Positions 23,944-40,207 of a DNA stretch of 64,000 nucleotides are shown here, in pieces. Made by a program: the position numbers and the translations under genes. Below the pieces are notes generated by a model, which had not been told where the DNA came from, ran no database searches, and saw only the letters and a program-made list of their open reading frames with translations. Source of the stretch: Macrostomum lignano (Eukaryota); contig NIVC01000412.1 in NCBI GenBank assembly GCA_002269645.1, positions 62,001-126,000 of the forward strand, read 5' to 3'. How positions within the stretch are numbered: position 1 is the first letter of the stretch; the number at the start of each line of letters is the position of its first letter.

Positions 23944-24841
23944 ATAAATTGCTAGCCTGTCGGAGATATCGATACGTTGAATACGGACGAGGAAGAATGG
24001 CAATAAAAAACAAAGTGCCCTGTACAGTTTTTTTGATAGACAGCGAGTCATGCGGAAATTCTACAAGAACACATCTCAGACAAGGCATGCCTGACAAAAA
24101 AGCTATCTTCATTCCTCGCGTTCCTATTGAATGCAAGCCATGTCCCCTCCGAAAAAGATTATCTCTTTGAAGTGAAAAAATTGAAAAGTCATTGGTTGCA
24201 GACAGTCCGATTCTAAACCGTGTTTTTATGCTTGGGAACTGGATTTCAAAACGGCAAAAATATTGAGTCTCAGTACGAGATATCAGAATTCACAATCGCT
24301 GTAAACATAAAGTGTTTTTTACTTCTAAATATAGAAGATTTCAACTAGAGTACTACTGATACTTTGTAATGAAGTACGCGTAGCTGGGAATAAACTTGAG
24401 AAAAGCATTTCAATTTAAACAGAATTTTGCTTATTTCCGTTTCTATAACTGAGGTTGTACGTCACATGTATTTAGTTCGTGTGTTTGTATTCGGTTCCGT
24501 TAGCCGAAACAGCATAAATACAAGGCCTACAAAAATTCCCGAGGAATAAACGTTGTTTACTACTTGTGCTTTATGTAAGTAGAGTTTAAAAATTCGTGTT
24601 TTATAATTCAAAAAACCTTAAAAAATACGAGGCACAGATTAAAGACAACTATGAACGATCAACAGGTACATTTATTACTAAGTTTAAGCGCGTGATGATA
24701 GATAAAGTACATCTTCTCATATAAGTTCATTACGGAAACTGATAAAAGCGCTTATCATATCCACTTACCGAGTTTTGACTTACCACGAAAAATTCTCATT
24801 CTGAAATCTCACAGCAAACTATTCAGTGAGCAATTTCTTAC

Positions 24842-30063
<5,222 letters not shown>

Positions 30064-31428
30064 ATTTCCAACAAAGCGGATGTGAGATAGCGAGTCTCCT
30101 AACTGGTATTTTTCTCGCGAAAATGTCTTTAAATTCTTTGCATCTCTGCGAGCATCTGCTTGAGATTTTGATGTTGTTTCTTAGCAACTAGCGGGAAGAG
30201 GCCTGAGCGCGTCCCCACCTCCATCTGTACGAGCGTAGGGGAGCAGGAAGGAAATACAGATTCTACCTCTGTCCCCTACCGGCTGAGGGAAGTTTCGACA
30301 GCTAAATTATCGAGTCTACTTCTCTCCTTTTCTTTCCTCTGTCTCTCTTTAAATCTATCATCTCTCTCTCCCTTCACTCTGCGCCTTGACAAGCTTCAAA
30401 ATTTCTTGTTACGTCGAACAATGCCGCCAGTGCAGAAAACCACATGACTTGATGCTTGTGACGCATCACGCGAGCTGAACTTTTTAATGTCGTAGGCTTG
30501 TTCAAGGGACAATCGTACTATTATACCGCTACTATATCTAATCTGGAGTCCTTAAATCTATGCATTCAAGGACCGCAATTGATGACAAGACCAAGGACAT
30601 AACGCCTCAATATACCAGACATTATATAAAATTTCTAAATCTGCTTTAGCAATAAGTAAATGTATGGAAATGTGTAGTCTTGGGCCCCCGAAGTCTGGAA
30701 TTTTTACTTAGTCCCGCCTGATGTTGAAGATTTCGATTAAAAACAAGAGCCACTATGAGCTACAAAAATCGAACCGCTTGCTTCTTCTGGCTCTCTTTTT
30801 ATCTGCTAGAGATTTTGAAAGGGTTGCTTGGAGTTTCTTAGCAACTTGTGAGAAACCAGCCTCGTACGAGTTTGTGCATTTTCTCTCCATGCATGCGTCT
30901 GTAAACTATCGGAGCCTTGTGAAAAGCAGGAATGAGGAGCGTGCATATAACCTGCCGTTGCCGTGTTAAACGGGATTTAAATTTAAATTTGCTAAGTGAA
31001 AATGGGAGCTTTTGTTTAAAATGGGCTAGCTAGGTGTGCGTTGTGTCGGAGAAAAAAATGCACTCATCAAACAGGATGACGCAAACCTATTGAGTAGCTC
31101 AAGAGGTTTCTCCGTATCAATTTTTTGCTTAGCACTGCGAGCATTGAGTAGGAGTAGCAGCTTTTATATTTATTCCAGAGAATACTCATTCTTAATTCTT
31201 TGCCAAATAAGTTGACAGTCTGTGGATCAGAAATCTAAAAAGTTATTTTATCGAAATTTCGGAATTTTTTTCGTTTCAACATCGTAGCCGCCTAAAAAAT
31301 GTAGGCTTTCAAAATCAAGGTCAGATTTTTTGTAATTTCGTCAAAATTCATTGCACAACTAATGATGATTTGCTATATTTAGTTTAACGGCTTTAGTGCC
31401 AGGTATAGATTTAAATTTTGGCTCAGTT

Positions 31429-32405
31429 TTAGTTCGATAGACCAAAGCGCCGAAACTGGTTCAGCTCGGCGTCCAGATTGAAACCGGCGTCCAAGAAATC
31501 ATTGTCGTTAAGAGAAGAGTTTTGGTTGCCCCCTCTGGCGACTCTTCTCGTCTCTCCAACTTGGCTGGCCTGCGGACCGCTGAGGGGTTTAGTCAAGCTG
31601 GAAGCGGCTTCTTTATGGGCTTTTAAACTGCTGTCCGGTGATTCATCCGACGGTGACTGCGTTGAAGTGACCGAGGTTGTCTGTGTGAAGTTGCAAATCG
31701 TAGAGAGGTATGAGCTTACTAGTGCCATAAAATATAAGTTCAACCAGCAAATCAATTAATATTCTGTTGCCAAGGGCAACCGTATCATCACCTGGTGCAT
31801 GAAGCTCAGCTCAGCCAATGCCAGGTTTTTTCCACGAAGCAGAGCAACCTGGAGGAGAGAAAGTACAGGTAAACATAAATATCCGATTTGAAATCTACGA
31901 GTACTACCTTAAATCAGTTGGATTTGGCTGCCGAAAAAAGAAAGTTGTTTTTGCACTATGATTTTATTGGCTTTTGTTTATTCTACCTGATGTAGTTAGT
32001 TGCATCAATCAATTCAGCCTAAGAAAACTCTATCATCGGAGACCAAGCAAAAGTTCAAACCTTCGCAGAGGACGCTTCGCCGCTAAGCTGGGCAGTCTGA
32101 TCCTCGCGAGACTTCAGCCTCGCCTGCTGCAGTGTCACCAGATCTGCCAAGGTCGCCTTCTTGCGCTGCTTGCCGGGCTGCTCGGGCCGATCCGAAACGG
32201 CGCTGCTGCGACTCTTTAATCGCCAGTGCATCTCGCGCACGAACTCGGGACGGAAGTACTTCTGGTCGACCTTAGGCACCGGAGGCAGAAGCGACTTTTG
32301 AGCTGGCAAATCCGAAATTAAATGCTTCTGCTGTTGTTGCTGCTTCTGCTGTTGTTGCTGTTTCTGTTGCTGCTTTAATCGGTTTGATGTTCGAACGAAT
32401 GGCAT
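31429..32405 (-). CDS. Small three-exon protein of unknown function (~217 aa; poly-Q/K N-terminus, Ser/Thr-rich C-terminal half)
   Basis: Exons 32405-32061, 31848-31792, 31680-31429, all phase 0 with GT/AG and pyrimidine tracts; joined frame open to the stop at 31429-31431. Confidence 0.6.
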
Positions 32406-33784
32406 TTCATGTATTTCGCTTTAATTCGCATCCACAAAAAGTCAGAAGGAACAGTAGCGGTTATAGCTAGTCAGGCAATCCAGCAGCCAAGCTATTTATG
32501 AGAGACCACAGGCACTGTAATTCCCATCTTAGACAAGCACCAAACTAATTTTGTGGCTCATTGTTGTAATTCTGCGTTACCATAGTAATGGCAATGACGA
32601 ACAATTGGGCGTATTGTAACGAAGAGCAATATTGAATTAGTTGGTGGAGATGCACAAGTCAGTGGTTTGCTAACTTTAGTAACGGAATTTTGCCAGACAA
32701 TGCCACTACTTCATGGCTCACATAGTAGTTGGATTAATTGACTTAAGTAGCTCAGCTAGCTGTAGCCTACCACTGCTACAGCTAATTATGTTAATTAGTT
32801 AATTCGATGAGACGTAGCCCATCTCACTGCAGTAGTTACACTTTTTGTGGGAGATTTTTCTCTTTAGTTCTATTGGCAACTGTACCCACTAAATATTCAT
32901 AGCCAACACAAGACTGAACTGGTGCCTAGGACAAATTCTGCTACCTTCCCCCTCTGTCAACAATTCATTTCACATGATCGATGTTCACCTCTTTCTAACT
33001 TGTCATTGCAGAAATTCTCATCACTAGTGCAAACGTATTGAGGACCTGGGCCATGCAGCTGCTTCCATGAGGCCATGAGGTCAAGCGACGAAAAAGTCGC
33101 CCGTCATATCTAAAAAATCTTGCTGCATTTGACTTACCCACCTGTTGCTTTCTCACGTGTAGATTGGGACTTGCGAAACAGTTTTGTTAAAAACATGTCT
33201 TTGAATTGACTTTGGGGGCACGGATGCGAATCCTTTGCATGCCTAGGTTTTTCGTTTTGCGAGCTACTTTTGAAGCTAGCAAGAGTACTTGTGTCAGTTA
33301 GGACAGTTTTTAGTGAGAACACATTTTTTACCAATATTCAATTTCACTATTGCATCGAATTTGTGAAATTTTAGCCATCTGTTTAATGAAAATTAAAAAA
33401 TGGGTGAGACTAAATGCTGTGACGGTCCTAATTAAGTGCCACTAAAGTTGTCTTTTCCAAGTCTTTTAACTTATCCCACCGCTGTGCCACCAAAATTGTC
33501 ACATGGATCTTGGTCTGTATTTTAGAAATATCCAACTGCTGACACCAAGTTCTACTAGGAATTTTTGTTTCGATCCTAAAGCTGACACAAAAATTGTCTC
33601 TTAAAAAACATTCTATTCAGGAGCTTCGCAACCGGGGGGACAGGGGGGACATTCCACCCCCCCCCCCCCGAAGTAAAAGCTATGGGGGGGCATGTCAATG
33701 CTTTGCTCCCCACCACCCCAACCTGTGACTCGTTGTGTTAATCAATAATTTTTCTTCAGGGCGCCAAAATAAAGCGCCTTGGGG

Positions 33785-34151
33785 GCCAAAGTGAGTGCCT
33801 GCGGCGCTAAAATGAGTGCCTGCAGCGCTAAAATGAGTGCCTACGGCGCTAAAGTGAGTGCCTGCGGCGCCAATATGAGTGCCTGCAGCGCTAAAATGAG
33901 TGCCTGCAGCGCTAAAATGAATGCCTACGGCGCTAAAATGAGTGCCTGCAGCGCTAAAATGAATGCCTGCGGCGCTAAAATGAGTGCCTGCAGCGCTAAA
34001 ATGAATGCCTGCGGCGCTAAAATGAGTGCCTGCAGCGCCAATATGAGTGCCTGCGGCGCTAAAATGAGTGCCTGCAGCGCTAAAATGAGTGCCTGCAGCG
34101 CTAAAATGAGTGCCTGCAGCGCTAAAATGAGTGCCTGCAGCGCTAAAATGA
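33785..34151. repeat. 21-bp minisatellite (GCGCTAAAATGAGTGCCTGCA), ~17 copies
   Basis: Regular 21-nt period; lies next to a G-run/C-run segment at 33620-33720. Confidence 0.97.
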
Positions 34152-34917
34152 TTACCTAATTCGTTTAACACGAAATAAAATTTCTTATATGCATTTCTTA
34201 GAATCTTTCGGCATTACCAAGATTAGAGGGTCACAGCCTTCTGTGGCAATGTTGTATATGTATCTCTGAGATCTCTACTTTGTGTTCACTAATCATGTGA
34301 TATTGATATTGATAAAGCAACAACTTAATTGAATATTAATTTTTTTTTAGAACTGTACATGCATTTAATGAAAATATTATCAATGAATGTTAGCATATTT
34401 AAACAAAATTTTGATATTATTTACAAAAAAATATTTTGATTATGGGTACTTGCGCATAAACATGTAGGAAATTTAGTATGTGGACGGGCCAATGTCGCTT
34501 AAAGCACGTCCTAATTTATATTATTGAAAGCTTATCTATAAGTGTGGCTTTCTTCATGCATCAGGCAAACAATATCAGTCTACTTGTACTTTTTTGCTTT
34601 TGCGCTGCTGGCAAGCACAGCGAAATGTACGCCAGCTTACCCCGCACCTCATCCAGCTCATTGTGCATTCGCGTCAGAGCGCACTTGCATTGCATCAGAA
34701 GAGATGAAAAAATCTTAGGTTGTATGTTTCTATGAATGTCTCATTCCATTCTGCCATTCTGCCCATTAAACATTGGCAGTACTTTTCTGTGCATCTTTGT
34801 GTAAACAGTTTGGGCATGAAAATTATACAAAAGGAATATATCTCTAATTAGACAGACTGAGCAATATCTTTCATGGTTTGAAAGAAACCATTTGGACTCA
34901 CAGACAGAGCTTGAGAC

Positions 34918-37900
34918 ATGAAGGGACAGCTAAGGCTCATGCAACTGGGCTTTTTGTCGCTTCTAATACTTTCCGGTAAGCTCAGGTTGATTTTATTTCA
35001 TATGGCAGCTTGTATGAGCACGCTGTATCTGGTTGTCTTCTATTTGTCGATTGGGTTGCCATTTTCAAAGCATCGAATCTCCATTTCAGGCGTTCAATGC
35101 GCCGATCTAAACTGTCAGTGCGTCATATCGAATTCCCGTTATGTAACCATGGCAACTCCTTTGACAACCGCAACAACTATGGGAAAAACTACGATGACTG
35201 ACGAGATGTCGACGACAGCAGGTGGCGGTGGGACGGCGACTGCCAGCCCCTCGACTGAAGCTGGTGAGATTCTCTGTTTTTGTTTTAACAGGATACTTAA
35301 AGGTAAAATACAAAATTTGAGGCTCATTCGCCATCAAATGAGCCATTAAAGCGCACGAATCAAATTGTGCAAAAAATCTATTTTGATGTACACAAGTTGT
35401 GTTGATCGCGCGAAATTTGGGCGCATTTGATGGCGGTGTGAGCGAGCCTTTCGTAAAGGCTACAAATACAAAACACCTAAATTAAATGTAATTATTAAAA
35501 TTGACATGAAGCATGTCCTGGGCCGATTGGGCTGATTAAGGCCAACTTCCTAATGCACAGTTTGTATACGTGTGACGATGGGCTTACGGACATTTCCCCT
35601 CACGGACATTTCCCCTCCGGCGTTTCCCTTCCGGCGTTTCTCTTTCGGCGTTTCCCTCTGGCGTTTCTCTTTCGGCGATTCCCCTCCGACGTTTCCTTTC
35701 CGTCGTTTCCCCTCCGGCGTTTCTCTTTCGGTGTTTCCCCTTCGACTCTTCCCTTCGGCGTTTCTCTTTCGGCGTTTCCCTTCCGGCGTTTCTCTTTCGG
35801 CATTTCCCCTCCGACTTTCCCTTCGGCGTTTCTCTTTCGGCGTTTCCCTTCCGGCGTTCTCTTTCGGCGTTTCCCCTCCGACGTTTCCCTTCCGTCGTTT
35901 CCTTCCGGCGTTTCTCTTTCGGCGTTTCCCCTCCGTATTTTCCCTTCGGCTATTTTTTTTCAGCGTTTCCCCTTCGACTTTTCCCTTCGGTGTTTCTCTT
36001 TCGGCGTTTCCCCTCCGTCGTTTCCCTTCCGGCGTTTCCCTTCCGGCGTTTCTCTTTCGGTGTTTCCCCTCCGGCACTTAACCTCCGAAAATTGCTCCTG
36101 GAAATGAAAATGGGATGTGAAAGTGAACTTCGTCGTGTGGCTGTATAAGTGGCTGTTCTGTAGCCCATTTTAGAGCCCAATGCCGCGGCCCATTTGATTC
36201 ATGTTTTTATCGACGCTGGGGAAAAACGCCGGAGGGGAATGTCCGGTAGCCCTAACGATGATAAACGCAGGGTAGTACACCCTGTGTGAGCGTGTGCTAG
36301 CGAATGTAGCTGCGTGCTTGCTCGGGGGGGGGGGGTAAGTAAAATCGGCGCATAACTTCTGAGGGCGATACCCAGTGTCTCGGTGATTATTGGTTTGCTT
36401 TAACAGGAAAATATAATCTAAAAATAGAATATTGATAAGCCTCTGAACACTTAAAAGCTCCCATTAGTTCCAAAAAGACCATCCGACGCCTTCCAACGCT
36501 TCAGCAGTCATCAGGATGAACACATCGAGCCAACTGACCGCAGCCTTCACCGAATTGGCTTTCAATCAGTCGACGCCGGGCTTCGAATTTGACAATGCCA
36601 CCAATCGGTTTGCACTGTCTGGACGGGAGGGCTTGGTAGCGATCGACCTACTAATTGGGCCAAGCGGCGTTCCGTGTCGCTCTATGCCAGCAATTGAGCA
36701 GGTTAGTGTTGATGGCTTTTAGCGACACAAGTGTTCTCAAATAAGGCCAATTTTTGTGATCAGCACACCGATTTTTGAATTTTTTGTCCTTCTATGTACA
36801 TTAGTCTGGTGTTTTGATAGCTCATTTCATTCGTTGGAAACAGCCTAATTTATCAATAAGATTTGTAAGGGAATACATATGACATGAAAGCATTAGAAGG
36901 TTACATCACATTACTGCCAGTAGCTTGGATCATTGTTTTAGCTCGTAATCAATTTTAAAATCGTGCGGATTTGTCTGAGCACTGGTTGTGGAACAATGTT
37001 GGAGGTTTTGCAACATCCTGCGAATATTTAGTACTCGTATATTTTAGCCGCATCAACCATTTATTCGTTCATTTGCCAGTACGACAAAAATTGCTGTATT
37101 TCTTAGAAATTTCTTGGACATTTCTTTTGCATGTTTGCCTATCTATGGTCTATACTATTTTATGTCACTCTTACTTAAAGTAGTATCGTTACAGTTTTAA
37201 TTCGGAATATAGACACCTCAGACATAATGGTAGTTACAGAGCGCTGGCAGAGCAAAAGGTTTTTTAATGCGAAGGCTGCGCTGCGCGCGCTTAATTTAAC
37301 GTAGTACAGAACTAAGATGTCTATGGCAACAAGCAACGGCAACGGTAACGAAATGGCAGTAGTTAAAGTACAACATTTCCCCCTAATCTCAAGATCACAT
37401 ATTAGGAGGGTGCATAGCACTGGGGTGCCGACCTCCTGCGCTCTCTGTGTCAATCTGCCGACTCCAGGTGGCTGCGGCTGGGTGCCAGGCACGGGGGCGG
37501 ATGTCAGCCACATGGCGCGGTAGTTCCACCGATACGCCTCGGGTTGGACCCGTCACTTGGCCGCGTGGCCACTTGTCCGTGCACCGGACATTCGATGGCT
37601 TCACGAACACTTCAGTCACAGGAAGTAACATAGCGTTGGCTTCGGGTGCGTCCTTGACTCTCACGGATGGGGGCTTCCAGTCGTAGTTGGAGATGATCCT
37701 GCTGGGCACACTGTCTGCCCTGGTGCCATTCCTGGCACTATCTCCTGGCTTTTGCCACAGGGCAAGCCTGCTCAGGGCGCAGTCCACTGACAGAGCCTCA
37801 TGGCAGCAGAAGGCCGCCTCCGTCTCCTCTGCGATCTTCCTGAGCTCGGCGAAGCTGCTGCCGAACACAATCGGCTTCAGGCGCTGCACTTCTCCCTGCT

Positions 37901-39763
37901 GGCTCTCCTCGAATGAGCGCTGCCTCAGCTGCTACCGCTTCTTCCTGAGCTTAATTTAACGTAGTGTTTAACTAAGATGTCTATGGCAACAGGCAATGAC
38001 AACGGTGTAACAAAGATGGCAGTAGTTTAAGTACAACACATAGTTTATATTTAGACTCATTTTTTACGGAAACTTTACCGCGTTTCAAAAACTGTTTAGA
38101 AATTTTTCAACTCGTTTGCAGATCTGTGTATCCAGCGCCTGTGCCACCTGCAACCTGCTAGAGTACAGTTCGGCTGCAGCCATTTCTGGTGTCACTGCGT
38201 CTGAACTCTCTCAGCGAATTGTAATCTCGGGCTTTGTTAACCGCTCAACAGACTGCGTCGGCCGATCCCAATTCGAACGCTACGGCGACTTCCGCTATCT
38301 TGTTGTCATCCCAAAAAAGGCTCCCGACCCAGGCAAGCCCTACGCCTTTACCTTAAGCATTAGCGGCAATTTCTCTGCATATAGCTGTCCAACATCGCGC
38401 AAGCGGCGTGGTGTTGCCAGAAATATTGACCGAATGATCCTCCGAACGATTTCTCGAGTCCGACGAAAAACTTCGTCTGGCTGCCTTTCCCCCAAGGCCA
38501 GGATCCGGTGTTTTTCAACTCTCGAATCGTTCTAATCGCTTGGGTCTTTATACTGAAGCCATTCGACAGTGCGCTTGAGGACAGCAGCTCAGAAGCATAC
38601 ATGGTCTTCGCACGGGAGTCCTACTACTTGCTAATTGACTCCGTCAGAAAGCCAGTCACGAATCTGACTTCAGCAGTCGGCGACTTCTTTGGCATCACGT
38701 TCACTGCTGAAGGCTCGGGCACCAAGCTTGATCGCAAGCTGGTTGTTCGAAGCGCTGCCGAAGTCAGCAACGAATTTTTGCGGGATCAGCTGACTGTGAT
38801 CCTCCCCGGTGTTGGCTGGTCCATTGTCGGCCTAAAAATCAGATCAGAGTCGTCTTCGGATACGAGTACTCCAAAACCGAGTTTTCCAGTTTATGCAGCC
38901 GTCCTGATCAGTATTCTCTGTCTGCTGGTCCTGGCGACAGTCCTGATCCTGGTGCTGTGGCGACTGAAATTGGTACGCTGATGTGTTTTAATTATCAGAA
39001 TGTTTCTCTTTAGCATATATTATTTTCACGACATTAAAATATCAATAATTCGTTTTCATCTCTTCATAAAATTTCTGATATATTGGACGTTTCCATAAAA
39101 TTGAGCCTTTCAAATCGTCATAAGGCAAGAATCTTCACGTGCAATTTATTGATCGAAGTTTCCCTTAATTGAAATTTTCGAGCCCTTTTAAGTTTGGAAT
39201 TTGTGAAAGAAGTTTCAAGCTTGTGAAGTTTACTGTCTCTGTAAAAATTTTTGCTTGTGAAAGCAAATCGACAATCACCTTCTCCTAGACCTCCCGGACT
39301 TCTGGACTCCTGTGTTCTATAAACAAAGTGAAATTTAAAGTTTAAAAAATTGTCAAAAGAAAGGTAAGCATGGAGATGAAACTTAAGCTGCCTTGAACTT
39401 CGCTGCAACACTTTCAGATTGGCGGACCGCCACCCAGACGGTTGGCTTATCAGGCCAGCGCTGGCGTGGAGAGCGCATCCTCCGGAGTGAACAGTTCCGA
39501 AGCGATTGACATCAGCAAGTGGAGGCTGGGCGGCACTCTCGAAGCGGTCGTGCAAATGCCCGAAACCGCTTGTCACAACTACTACGGACCAACGTGAGTG
39601 GCTATTCTACAACCAGACAGTGCCTACAATTTGAATCCAAATCAAATTAATTGAATCCATCTTTTACTATTCAAGGCCTGCTACGGGCGCGCCAGCCAAC
39701 GACTTGGTCTCCGATGACAAGGACTATTTTAGTAAGATTGCCGGCGACGATAACGGCGTATAG
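34918..39763 (+). CDS. Mucin/SEA-like type-I membrane protein 1 (short stalk); one apparent 1-bp frameshift
   Basis: Exons 34918-34975 (signal MKGQLRLMQLGFLSLLILSG), 35090-35263 (Cys motif + Thr-rich), ~36477-36701 (acceptor uncertain), 38122-38972 (Cys domain, RKRR/RVRR, SEA-like PFDSALEDSSSEAY.., TM VYAAVLISILCLLVLATVLILVLW), 39418-39593, 39676-39763. Exon 4 is 851 nt, one short of a codon multiple. Confidence 0.8.
35580..36252. mobile_element. Non-autonomous TIR element (Mutator-like?) with ~500 bp of TIR-derived 14-15-bp tandem repeats
   Basis: Left end GGGCTTACGGACATTTCCCCTC.., right end reverse complement GGGCTACCGGACATTCCCCTCCGGCGTT; array GGCGTTTC(C/T)CTT(C/T)C at 35615-36075; flanks TGACGAT / TAACGAT may be a decayed TSD. 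Confidence 0.75.
37228..38038 (-). mobile_element. Old internally deleted gypsy element: partial 5' LTR, integrase 3' end, PPT, 3' LTR
   Basis: ~88-bp direct repeats at 37289-37375 and 37949-38038 begin TGTTGTAC on the minus strand. TTAGGGGAAA (PPT) precedes the downstream copy; the internal frame has GPT..RHVADIRPR like a gypsy integrase C-terminus; candidate TSD CATAA/CATAG. Confidence 0.65.
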
Positions 39764-39889
39764 ACTGACCTAATGGAGGGTTGTCACTGACTACTGACTG
39801 ACTGACTTTAACTCACCTTGTGCCCTGCATACCGCACCAAGCGTGCACTCCACTCATGCGTACATCATGTACTTTCTACCCCATAGTAA

Positions 39890-40207
39890 TAGTAATTATA
39901 AATATGATAATAATAAAATTTGATTACACCTGGCCTAATGAGCAGATGTGCAACCGACAGCTCTGCCGCAGCTATTGCATCTGAAGGGCGAAGGCTGCGT
40001 ACGGCTGTTCTGTCCAAGGACTGAGGGGTTGCCACACACACCCTCAATTACCCCAGCTACTGCTGGCACCCATTTTACAGCTAGGTGAACTGAAGGCAAT
40101 GCAGAGTCAAGTGTCTTGGTCAAGGACACAAAATGTTCGGAGTGGGTAGAGAATCGAACCCCCCGACCTTTTAGTTGCGAGTCCGACGCTCTAACCATTA
40201 GACTACT
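39890..40207 (-). mobile_element. tRNA-derived SINE with conserved central domain
   Basis: A box TAGTCTAATGG, B box GGTTCGATTC, then GTGTCCTTGACCAAGACAC..GTAAAATGGGTGCC and an AT-rich tail; second copy at 62095-62378. Confidence 0.85.

Noticed and set aside
33695-36180. ORFs in the 21-bp and 14-15-bp arrays (AAGTHFS, MSACSAK, RRFPSG repeats)
   Set aside because: Repeat-derived, open in several frames, no splice context.
39595-39597. TGA as the true stop of mucin gene 1 (and 57756-57758 for gene 2)
   Set aside because: In both paralogs the TGA lies inside a GTGAGT donor, and phase-2 acceptors with open frames follow (39676, 58318).
40130-40207. Functional tRNA gene (also 62300-62378, and an A-box-like fragment near 52900)
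   Set aside because: No complete acceptor stem; the heads run into a shared SINE body; the 52.9-kb piece is only a few bases.
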